64,000 bases of DNA from the NCBI GenBank assembly GCA_000934665.2, contig JYFJ02002523.1, positions 1-64,000 of the forward strand, given 5' to 3'. Of this stretch, positions 22,741-35,612 are shown piece by piece. A model generated the notes under the pieces. That model saw only the letters and a program-made list of their open reading frames with translations. It ran no database searches and was not told the origin of the DNA. This stretch comes from Catajapyx aquilonaris (taxonomy: Eukaryota). The translations under genes were made by a program, and so were the position numbers. Within the stretch, counting starts at the first letter, position 1; each line of letters opens with the position of its first letter.

Positions 22741-25700
22741 CTGAAATGACGGGAAATCATTTACAGCGCCAGACTTTAAAGAGACGTGATTGGCCTTCTG
22801 AAAATCATGAAATCCGACTGGTAATAGACACTGTCGCTAACTCAATCGGTCCATTGGGACTCGGGATATTGCTGTGCAAGCAGGTGACCCGTAGGGATTT
22901 TTATGTTGGGAATTCATATCAGGTTACGGAAAGGGACCAAAAACCTGTCGAGGGAGCCGTCCCATTGAGGCACAGTGTCAGAAGCAGGAAAACGGCCATC
23001 TTTCAGCTCTGACATCAAAGTGAGTCCAGGATAAAAGAATTCCCGTTTACCAGGGACAAGGACGCACACCACTTCTCAGTTGGCCCTGATTCTGTTTTGT
23101 ACATACCTCGACTCAAGTTATATTGAGGAGATATATAAATAAAAAAGTGCGTTTTACAATCGTGAGTCGTAATAATTATTTTATATTGGTTACTGTCGTC
23201 GAAATGGAAATATACTTTACAATGCTTCGTAAGAGCATGTCGAATCTAACTGCACTAAAAGCCTACAGTAATTTTTAATAACTTGTATACTGTACCTCAA
23301 CTAGTTTTCCTTTCTCAAAGACATACAGTACAGTATCCCACATGCACTTTTATTTTCTTTAAACGGGGGCATTAATAATGGCATTTCGAAACTTACTTGC
23401 AGAATGTTCTCTCTTTTTTTGCCGACATATTGTTACTCCGGTTCAATATTACATCTGACTCATGTGTGCAAAAGTTCCTAAAACCCCAATATTACTGAGT
23501 GAAGTGGTAAAAGAGGAGAAAAAGATTCGCCTCAGCACACACCAAAATCTGAATGTCATTCGCACATATTGCAAAATCATACAGATCTGTCGCAATTTAC
23601 GCGGATGATCCACCCTTTCATGAGTATATTCGGTGTGGGTCATTCTACTCAAAGCGACAACAATAGTCTTGATTTAATTCGAAATCATCAGTTGCACCAA
23701 GGAGGACCGCAAAAAGTGTCGCACCAGTTGCCTACCAGTCAGGATGAACTTTGCAACTGAGAATGTCAAGTTGGAATCTCCTAATTATGTACAGTACATA
23801 AATTCCGCAATTTAAAATTAAAAACCATGCCCACTTGTCACTACCAGTAGTCCTGAAACCAGTTTCATGTCACTAAATACGGTGCAAAATTTCAACAATA
23901 TTCATAATCATAAAAATGTAAATAATTCAGGGTACGTCGCAGTGTCACGGGGATCACATGTCGGAAGAAGCGGAGGCGTGTCACACAACACTCTTGGTAT
24001 ACGGGTCGGCCGTAAAGATTTCTCGGTTAGCACCTGGACATGTTTGGGTTCAGAAAACCTGTCGCGGTCGTTTTTGGTGACATGTCCGGCCCGGTTGGTG
24101 TAAATCTCCCGGCAGATGGTCCGCACCTTACCCGAAGAAAGGGCCAGGGCGGTCGGGGATCTTCGGCCAAGATCATATCTCGTAACCCCAGTGATTTTTT
24201 GGGGGCATTCTTATTTAAACTCGGACAAATTATAGTCCATTGACGCCCATGCCTAGAACGCCCCTGATTATCATACAATGACCCCATTAGCATCCGGGTT
24301 AAAAAAAAATAGGTGAAGATTCACATATGGACAAACTTTTACACAAATTACCCGCAAGGTCATTCACCGGTTCTGATTAAGCAATCATGTAATTTCCTGC
24401 CCAGAAGCAGGCTCCCATTACATGGTTGCAAAGAGACTAATCGGCCCTTTTGGTGATCAATCATACGATAAGGGGGTTGCATCTTTATAATTCCACGGAC
24501 TGACTCCGGACCGCCCCTTTGCATAGGACATGTCTGATATTCTTAGCTGAAAAAAAAAATGTAGGTAAAACCGTGAATAAAACCCATCGAGCGTGAGCAG
24601 AATAAGGAATTACACCGTATTCAAATAATCGAAACCCACAAAAAATTAACTCGTTAGGTGCCCATCTTCAAATTAATTAGTCACTTCCTACAGAATACAT
24701 AAATCACTTCTCTCCCTGCCCAAAGTACATAAAAAAAGGTGTATTCATAAGGAACCTTTCCCCTCCCCCATAAATGTTGTTTATGGCAGTAGCACAATGG
24801 AGGTAACAGAGGCACGTCGGACCTCGGGTCACTATAATTCACCTAGAAAATAAATTTTACAGCACCGAGCTTTTCACAGCCCCCCCCCCCTCCCCCTACC
24901 CCTTTTTCTATGACTTTGCACGCCTACGCTCCTAAAATATTAACGTTTTGGACTTGCCCACCGAAAGAACACAAGTTATTCATATATAAATGCGTTTCAG
25001 TAAGGAGTTTTTTTTCTGGAAAGGTCGCGTGACGTGCAATGTGACGTACGGCAGCTAATTAATGAATGAAGTTAATTCACCTAAAGCCACAATCAGCGCA
25101 GTGCAGTGGCGTGACTGAGCAGCTGAAACATATCGCATTAACTGCTGGATGTATTGACACGGCGGGTGATCATATATCGCGGTAATAAGCCATTACAAAT
25201 GGCGCATGTAATCTGGTTAGGCGGTAACGGCATTTTTTCTAAACTGAAGAATCCAGCTCTGCTGGATTCTGGGAGCAAATTCCTGATTCTTCTGAATTAC
25301 CCACTAAAAACACCCATTTCTCGTAAAAAGTAAGGCAAAAAAAGTAGGTTCCGTCCAGGTATGGTATACATGGAATAAAGAAGGAAGGGCGGGAAAAAAG
25401 GAGGCTTAGTTTGCCTTTAGGACGAGACCAGGGCTCGTTAGGAGGGGTGGGACCCTTACAACACCCTTCAAATTTTTTTTTACACTCTCTTCCTATTTTT
25501 TTATATATATTCTGAGACTGGTTGCTGATCCGGCTGAAACGAGACGTTACTAAGCAAACGAGCCAGAGGACTCCGTATCTACGATATTCCATGCTGAATC
25601 TGATTGAAAGTGCTTCTCACATCGGGAGATCGTAATGGGAATAAAATGATAGTGCAAGTCCTTTTGTATGCCGTTATGGGGTAGGGAAAAAGCATTCGAT

Positions 25701-28700
25701 ACGGGCACTGAGCATAATTGGATATGTCATTGTGTTGCTATTGTGTAATCGACAGAATTACATTGCAAAAATGCGCACGTGCTGGTGAAGGAGCAGTTTA
25801 AATTGTTTTGGTTACATTTTTTTATATTGGCAACATATCTGATGAGGTCATTGTAATAGTTCTAAGCCCACAGGGGCCAACAGCTTACTATGAAACATTG
25901 TGTTTAGGTAATGATAACTTGCACCGTAAATGGTGGATATAAATGTCATACAAGCTTGGGCATTTGAAATTATGCAGTGCAGCTGAATGCCAGATTATAT
26001 CCATAATAAACGATTTATGCGGCCCCACGATTATTAAGTAAAATATGCGTGGATTTCAACCCTCTATAAAATATATCCCTTAACTTCACGATTCTCCCCG
26101 AGTGTTTACAGTCGCAATATTTACATACTAAACATCTTGTGAGAATGTACTGTGAACCTGCACATTTAAAAACACCTTGTCCCAGTGTTATTTTGATAAC
26201 TTTGCACCAACACTCCAGAGCATCGATTACCGGTACAGTTACAGTTTATGTACCCTCTGCTGACCAACTTCTATCGGTGCGGACATCCACCTTAACCAGG
26301 CCAGTAAATATTTTCCCAATCCAGGAACAACCCCAGTCCTCCACCAGCTTAGGGAACCCCCCCGGGGTATAAATTATGACCACACTGTGTGCATAGTCGG
26401 CCGTTTATGTGTTAAATAGCACACCGCGCGTGTTCCCCCATGTTTATTACCTCCGGCCTATGATAAACATTGCTGTATTATTGGCCGCCACCTTCTGGAG
26501 ACGATCACAAATTACCCTGGATATTTACTCCCCCCATTTTTTTTCTATTCATTTCATAAGAACCGAGTTACTGGAGTGTCTCCAAAAATGATGATGGCTA
26601 ACTTTGAGGGGGGGAACCTCTCACCATGGGTGCCCATTTTCACAGGAGACTTTCCGCAGCTCGTTGATGCCAAATACACGACGTTGACGATGCCTCTCGT
26701 GGAGAAGTTACATCGTTTTAAAAGCATCTGCTTGAAACCTCTCGAGACTTGTATTCTTGCAGTTAACCCCCGACCCTAGCGTACCGGCAATCGTAAATCT
26801 GGTTGGGGAGACCATCAAAATGATGCTTGAGTAGCTATACGCGGGGTTAAGAATTATTGGGATCTGGGATGGCAAACAATCGGTGGGGTGAAGACAAAAG
26901 GGGGGGTGGTAAGTCCACACTCTGCCGATACTCTGTTTAAAGTGGGTGTTGTATGGCCCCAGGTTTTATGGGCTGTGTAAATCTTCAGCATCGCTATTTA
27001 TGTCTGTACATGCGCCTTTGACCTCACAAACTTGCGCGGTGAGACACGGCGGCAATATTTTATGAATGCATTAGGATACTAGTTGTTGCAAGGTATGGCC
27101 TTTTGATAAGAAATAGCTGTTGGAATTTGTCAAAAATTATTTATTGGCTTATAGGCTTTCTTTTTAACGTCAACCTGTGGAATATGTGCAGAGTGCAGTC
27201 ACTGTCCAAGTAATATTGCAAAGTGAATTTTAAATACGGTAGTACCCACGTCTTCACATATTGTAAACTAATTTATAAGGCAATTTCCTATCCAGTCAGC
27301 AAAAAAAAGGAGACCCGTTTCGAGGGAAGACAACAAAAATGCAAGACAGGATTAACATGACTAGAGCTTCAGATCCCGCAATTACGCCAGTATACAGTAC
27401 ACGGAATATCTGGGAGCTGTTTTTCTCGCCTACTTTTTCCTGACAGCTCACGAACCAATCAAAGAGGTGCCAGCAGCTGCCGGGATGAGATACACGTGGG
27501 TATGGGAGTGGCAAAAACTCATACTTGAAACCTGTTATTTAGGAAGCATAATGCACTGGACATTCCAACAGAGACGTGTGAAGCATCAACAAGGAATAAT
27601 TTGATTGATGGAGAAAGCAGCCTCCCTACTACACGCCCTCACTGCCCATAGCAACAAAAACAAATTCAATATCGCGTGGTTCCCTCGGATTAATCAAATT
27701 GATAACCTGTAATAGGATTTTTTACTGATGTCCGGTTGGAGGATAAGCGTATTCATGTATTTCAGTATGTGTGGCTGGGTGTTTCAATTTGTTCCAAGGG
27801 TGTAGCAGCAAAAATAGGACACAATTTGGGAAATGGACGGCCATGGACCTTTGCTGCTTTATATGCACGGGGCTGATGACAATCATTGCTGATAACAATT
27901 TTCGGTGGAGCTCAAAGAGGATCTTGGCAAGTAGAGCTTCCGGAGTGCAGTACACTGCAGGTTTTTAAAATAAAGTTGGGTTGAAGCCCTCATGATGTAG
28001 ATAGAACTTTCGTGGCTATTTTTTGACAAATATTTGCATTAAAGTAGGCTATTTTTTCATTTTTTTTCTGGAAAGAGACCAACTCGGTGCATCCACCATG
28101 TAAATTGAGACAATGTTAGAGTGGTGAAGGCGTACAATGTGGGGGTAAACAGCGTAATAAACACATCCGTAATTTTGTCCTCGCCTCTGCATTGTCATTC
28201 GACAGGGCCGAATCCTGGTCTCCGTCACCAAAAAAAGACAAATTGACATTTGATGGCCCCTCATCCTGCTCCCAAAACACCTAGAGGCAACTAGAAAAAA
28301 AGGGATGTCCGTTGCTACCCAAAAGGTCCCATCATCATCTCCACCGGCTTAATTAACAGGGTCAACGCTATTCCAACTGACGGCTAATTTATAGAGGCGT
28401 CGTGGCCGTCAGCTTTATATCTTCCAGGCAGAAATTGGTTGCCCACACGTTTATGCCACGCTGCTTTTGCTAGTCATGAATATATACGGGAGTCTTGGCT
28501 TCGAAATTTGGCTAATGAGATGGATTTGGGCGCACGCTCTTCTCGAATTAAAACCTTGTAGTTTTCCCCAAGCCTCGTTTAGGTTGTAAAAGTTGTTAGG
28601 ATGCCGAAGTTAATTCGGCGGAATCGTCCGTTTTTATGGGAGGAAAAAGAGGGGCGCACGATGGATATCAAGTGGGTGCTTTTATAGGATAACCCTTTTT

Positions 28701-31700
28701 CAGGGTAATGAGCAGGGTCAAGATGTTACGAATTGGGATTCCTAGAGGGGGGGGGGTGGTAATTAATCGACGTGGGGGCTTCGGGTAATGAAGATGAAAG
28801 CGGGTGTAAGTGTGCAGAAGGCTCCCCCTATCAAGTTCGGATAGGCATGTGGTGCCCCTGGTCTGATGGATCAGCCTAAGGTCTCCACAAGCCAACCTGG
28901 AGAGCCACGACTCACAATGCTCGTCGTTTTGTCAGTGTCGGCGGCTAGGAAGGGTTTGGATAAAAGGTAGACCGGTTGAGGATGAAAAAAAAAACATTCC
29001 AACCAACCCTTTTCCTACCTGGAAATAATGGGTTTCATACTATTACCAGGAAAGGGTGGGAGCTGGGAGCTAATTCGGGGGCTAATTAATGTGGGAAAGT
29101 TTGTGTTCTGCCTCAGGAGAGTTTGTGTGTTGGCACAGTGACTGCAATTTATCTTATAACAATAATATTAGGACTGTGGCAACAAGGCAAACAAAACTGG
29201 CCAGGAACTATGGCCAGGCGTCTCTACCATCGCTATGACCTCTAACGGAAATTTGGGGGAAATTGGTGAGTCTTCCCCCAACATGGCCTCTGATGGGGTA
29301 ACATAAATAAATAAATAGCATATAGGCTAATAAAAGTTTTGTTTTTTCTCTCTAAAAACTTTAACTTTACCACTTTGCACAATCCCTTGCTAGTCTTTGT
29401 TTCTGAATATTATCCCAAATGACTTGCCTCTTGGGAAACACCGTGTCCAATATGGTCCCTTGTTCTCTACTAGCTGGAAACACTGTTGGGTAGGTATACG
29501 CGCTTAGGAATGTTAAAGTTGCCCAAATACACCTACGGAGATGGTTCCCTGAAGAGATTGAGCAGCAGGAGGTCCAGGAGTCAACTTCACATCTACCTGA
29601 GTCGGATTACACAAGCTGGCCATATATGGGCACCGAGAGTAGTCACAATCTCAGCGAGAGAGATCTCCAGGGACTGATGTATCGCACGATGACATAATGG
29701 AAGGCATCTAGGCAGGAATATCCAGTGGTTTCATCTCACCCTGACATAAACCTTGCGAGCACTTGTCCAGTATGGAGGGAATGAAAAAAAATAATCGTGG
29801 GTGATGCAACTAAGGGGGGCACACGTCCCTTAGCCTGTTTACGACCTTTCATCCTTACAGCCCCACTAAACAAACGCCATGGCTTCTCTCATTAGAGGCC
29901 TCCAAGTGGAACGAGCTCTGAAAGGGTTACACGATTTACCACTATTTCCAACTACAGTCCGACTTATCTCAATATTAGTGGGGTGGCGAGATGAATAACA
30001 ATCAACACTCCCTGAACTAAGAATACCGTGGCGCAAAAGTGCATGTGTCAAATTAATCTTTACAGCCCATCGTTACGTCGTTAAACAGCATTGGTTTCGT
30101 CCAAGAACTGCGCGCAACGTCGATTCGAGTTGCCGGCTTAAAAGGACAGGGAATGATATTCTTTTCTGTTGTGTGGAAAATGGAATAAAGATGTTGGCCC
30201 CATTTCCTGAGTTGTGTGAGTGGGTTCTTGGGGTCTCGTAAAGAAATGTATAGAGTTTCTCCTCCCAGCATTACGACGCCCCTAAGATAGCATCGTGGCA
30301 TAAAATACCTGTCAGGACATCGGAAGACACGCAGGCTCTTCCTAACTGACACCCTCAGATACCTTGCTGACACCAACATGTGCTATCGGACCCCATGTTC
30401 AGGACCTCTGCCAATGGAAACAATACTGGAAAATCCCCCCCCGGTGAACAGGGAACCCCAACAATTCATAAAAACCCTAACAAACGGCCTTATCAGTGAC
30501 ATATTCTGGAACGTTGATCTAAAGTCTATTTTCAATTGCCTTTTTTATAATTCTAGCAAAATTATAAAAAGTCGATTAAAAAATACACGGGTTATGCTTA
30601 TCGCCATATGCTAACGAGAACTTGCGGCATGTCAAAATTTGCATATCGCCAATGCGTTAATTACACCATTAATTGACCACCGAATTCCGTTATCCATCCC
30701 GAGACGGACAGGAATGAGCTAGTATTGTTGACTGTATCCGGCTTCTCCTTCTGTTTGCCAAATCCATAAACGGAATATAGATCTTGAAAGCAATATGCAT
30801 TCCGCTAGACTCGGGCCAGCAGGCCATGCAAATTACACCCGCTAAACTGCACATTTCCAGCTGCCGGGATGAAATGTTGCTGGCTGCCGGCGAGCAATAA
30901 CTTTTCGAACATTTACACGTGCTTTCCCGTAATTCGAAATATATGACGGGTCTGTTGACACCTCACTCCGTCGACATATTTTCACCCCTTCGCTTTTATT
31001 AGAACGGGTGAAAATGAACGCTCTCACCACGTGGCATAATCCTCATAAGTGAAATATAAGCTGGACAGGTTACATAGTGCCTGTGTCTTTTTTAGTATAT
31101 GTGCTTTTGCCAGGCGCAATTCAGAGTCTATTTCTGGCACCGGAAAAAAAAGAGATCCGAGACCGAGAGATAGGACCCGGAGTTCTGGTTTTTACTCGAG
31201 AGAGCAGAAACAGGATGGGAGTTCATTTATATCCAAGCCCACAATGCGATAGCCCAACCCCAACTCGACGTCTTTGAATGAAGCCAAAGGGTTGGTTTCC
31301 TGGATGTTTCAATCCCAAAGTGAATCCGGCTCGACGTTATCTTCACTCCGTCCCGGATTATTGGATTCAGAACCGGCGTGAAAAGGAACTCCCAGAGGAA
31401 AGAGAAAATTCCATGCAATTTACGTTGACATAACATGGAGGATGTTACGACTCGACGTCCCTTGACCCCCCAAGAGAGTCGGTTGTCGATGCTGTTACAT
31501 TGTTCCCAAAAAATTCATATCCACGAAGAACACTTTCTTTGTCTTATTATTCACTAGCACGGGTTGAATACTTAAGAGGTGTCTGGGATCACGTCTGGAG
31601 CTAGCGTCACACATAAGTTATTGTTGTTGTTTCTATACACGGGTTCGTGGTAGGTACGGTGTGGCTCATCTCTTCATCTCTTTCTTCGAGGCCTCTGCTG

Positions 31701-34700
31701 GAAAACCACACATTTGGGCAGGCTCGTAATTGCCTCGGAACTAATTTTGGTCAGACGCAAGGGGGGAGCCCTAACAGTAAGATCTCTCAGACCCTTCCGC
31801 CCCGCGAACCTAACCAGATTTCATTTTCAGGGTGGGTGAGATTAGCCGGCTCTTAAATCCGACGAAAATAGCTGAAGGGAACCCCCAAAAAAATTCGCAG
31901 GATCTGAAGGATTTTTTTGGGGGGGGATGGAAGTAGGGCATTGTTGGTGCATATGCGCATTTTTTGACATGTTCAGTATGTGAGGTAAATAATTGGGTGT
32001 AAAAGGGAAGGAGGAAGCCTGTAATTGTCAAGTCCAGTATGTACTAGTTTATTGAATAAGTTACAGTATGGCACACTGACTACCTGGGACTATTAATAGT
32101 AATCGTATGAACATGCTTTCTGTTGTAAGCCAAACAGTGACCATGTACAACCGTCAACACCAAAATGTTAGCTCATAACTTTGCCACTATTCTAATTTCA
32201 AAAACCAATGTTGATATCAGATTTTGTAACAAAAATTAGGCTCCCAGCATCTGGAATCTGGAGTATTTCCATCCCATTAGGCCCACTAATTTGCATGTGG
32301 ACAGATTTCTCGAAAAACTCCCTCTAGAATCGGATGGTTAAATGAGGCGTGGAGGCAAAAGATAGTGAACAGGAAAAAGAAAGAAAAAAATAAGGAGGAG
32401 AATGGCCGAGCGAGTTACGGTTCAAGGTCTATAAAGGTAAGAAGAAGAGGTCCACGGAAGCTTAGGGTGGCATGAAGGGAACATGCGAGAGAAAGGGCGT
32501 AAGGTGTACAATATGCAGGGAGGAGACAATGCGTGACTGCGAGCCCAGAAAGCTTCATTAGAGACACGCACGTTTTTGATAGCGGAGGAAAAAAAAAAGA
32601 TCCTTTGACTCCGACTTGATTTTCAGAATTTTCATTAAGATATGCATTTTCTTAACGCCTACGTTTATTACTACGAGGCTGGCTTGATAGGATGTCGCCC
32701 GAGTAGGTGCCTAATTAAGTTGAAACTGGCGGGGGCTGAATTAGGCCACGTTGTCAGATAGCATTTAGTTGGACTGAGGAGGACAGGACACTTAGGGGTT
32801 GGAGATGCGGGCACGCAAATTTACTATCTGATTCAGTACTAATTATGGGGGTGAAATTGATGGATATGCGATGAGTATTATAGCTGTGCGAAAATCCGTC
32901 ATTGTGTGAGAAAATTTCTGAGTAATTTTCCTGGAAGGCTTTTCAACAGATATTGTACTTTTCACACACTATTGGTATAGTGTGTTTCATTATTATTTTT
33001 ACAAACTTGCTTGCTTGCGGAATTCTAGGAAACTTTCGATACTTTTGTACCAGTCATTTCCACCTTTTTTTTTGCTTCGATACGATATTTCGACACTGAT
33101 ATCGATATAATATCGAGTTTGCGATAAGTTTGAAATATTTGCGATTATCGATGCAAAGAGGGAGTTCCAGGCTTGTCCACCATTTAAGGCAATCCCTGCC
33201 TGTATAACGCCATTGTTTTACACCCTACCGTACGTGCAATCAGCCCGGTCCACCCATGAGCATCATCATCCAGAAGCGATCGGTTGTCATCCCGAGCAGG
33301 GGTTTGAGCGATAGTGAGAGCCAATTCTCATTAGACTTCGATTGTGACACGCAGCAGGAGATGGTCCTTTTTCGGGAGTCGAGTTAAGCAGAATGATGTC
33401 TGCTGTCACTCCCACTGACGCGTCTTCGGCTCCCAAAATGTCAATTTACCCTCTGGGGTGGTCGCCCATTCCATTCCCCCCATCGGAACAGTAAGTCTTC
33501 CGTCTGGATTAAGACTTTTGAATGTCACGCCTGGTGTCATGTGATTAAAGACTAGGGGGGTCAAGAATAATTGGGTGGATCCAGCTGACTCTCCCAGGTC
33601 ATCTAATTAAACGGGCCGATCGAATTCACCATTACGGGTTATCTCATTTGTTGGGCTGTGCCAAAAAGTTGGTCCGTTAGGCCCCCAAAAAATTTGGTCA
33701 GTTTACAACACAAGGCGGTTGGAGTGATAAATTGGCTTTTAGACTATCATTCTTGTTGGCAGGACCAAGCCACATTAGTTACATCGCTGTGAATATATTA
33801 AGACTTGCGGGTTTTGTCTGGGTAGGAGACGAGAAGCGAGCAACTGGTGTGACTTGAATTTGTCAAGTTCCGGGGCTAGACCACGGACTGTCGGGCCTTG
33901 GTCGTAATATCGCCTTACCCAGCTGGAGTCTTGAGAAATTTTGGGCTGTATTCGCAAGGGGGACTAAATAAATCAGGAGTACAGGCACTAAATTGTCCTA
34001 ATATTGATAACGGCGGCATACTTGATGTTGGCGTCGTAATAGTCGCCAGGGAGAAGTCATTCCGCTCTAAAAGTTTCACTCAGGGTTCCTCCTTTGCGAA
34101 TTATGATATTTTTTATAATCGCTTATCTTCGAGTCTAACGTACTGTACCTTCTAAATTTAGAAAGTTTGATCGATATAGGACGTAATCAGAAGCTAAGAA
34201 TACCGGTGGTATGTAAGACTTTACACTCTTTAATCATTTATCCTCTCTGTCAAAAATACCTTCGAAATTTAGATGTAGAAGGTACACTGGGTTAAGAAGA
34301 TATGAGGCATAAGACCTGGAAGGTACCTTCAAATTTTAATAGAACCATGGGCCCCCGTTATCAGCAGTTTAAAAATATTCAATAAGCTAACACGAATTTT
34401 TATTGCAATAAACTACTGTACCGTATATCATCGTTTTACACGTAACACATGCTACTTTGCATATGAAATGATTAGCCTATACTTTTTGTATGCCCTACTT
34501 TTTCCGGTGCAAATATTGACAAAGCCTGCTGACCCGACGATGAAAATTAAAATATCGGTTACGAAACAAATTGAAAATGTCAGCCTTCCCACAGATATCA
34601 TAGCCGAAGCATAAATATTAGCATTATGAGTGTCACTTGCAAATGTAATTCACTTGCACACAACACTATTTAACTTGTGCCACTATTTTTGCCCGGCGAC

Positions 34701-35409
34701 CAGCCTCTCACACAAAAAAAGCATTATTATTGATTCAAGTCCAGGTTTCAGCCCGGAAACCCTTTTATAGCGTGTACATTTCCAAATTCATTACCTACAT
34801 CCATTTCATATCTCCTGGCATGACCACCACATGCCTTTCCGTGTCTTGTTTGCCCCCGATGCCTCTCTTTACAAAGAAGCGCGCTCGTACCAAAAAAGTC
34901 TTTTCCAGCTCTAGATACATCATCTAGCAGTCGGGTCACGCTCTTCCGACTCAAATAATGCCTTTTCTCTTTCCATCTCTTCCTTAGCCGGACGAGGTGA
35001 TGGCCCTCTAAGATCGCGCCGGGAATAATTAGAGGCGGCATTGAAAGACGTGGAGGGAGTGGTCCAAGACACTTTGAATCAATCTGCCGATGACATTTCA
35101 ACCCCTTAGAAAAATACGATCCCTATTTTTTTTCGAGGCTCAAAACCACACGCACCATGCCCTCCAAAAAAGGGCGCACAATATTTTATAGTCATGCGTA
35201 AAAGCAAGATTGTGTTAGGCTGGTCAAGGCTTCAACAGCGAAGGTTCATGCTGAGAATAGCGTGATGTTGCACAATTTATTTCGACTCCTACCAGGGGAT
35301 GACCCGAAGATTTGTCACCCTGGATAGGCCAGTTTAAATGTCATGGCCTGGATAGTGTAAGGGTCATGCTGAATTTCGCAGTTATGCGACAACCCTTAGT
35401 CAATAATTT

Positions 35410-35612
35410 AATCGAGTTCGTGAATAAATTTCATAATTAGCATCAGTTAACAAATTGCGCATTTTATATGATCCCTGAATAATTTCGTCCGCGAATCATG
35501 GATTTACTGGGTGAATATTTATGTACTAGGTGAATATATATTTATTCAATGAATTTATGCACTGGGTGAATAAATTTATGTGCTCAGTCGATAGAGTGAA
35601 TAAATTTATTCG
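35410..35612. repeat. Degenerate cluster of GTGAATA(A)ATTTA-like units
   Basis: gtgaata followed by an AT tract recurs about 5 times (near 35420, 35511, 35530, 35566, 35596). Confidence 0.55.
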
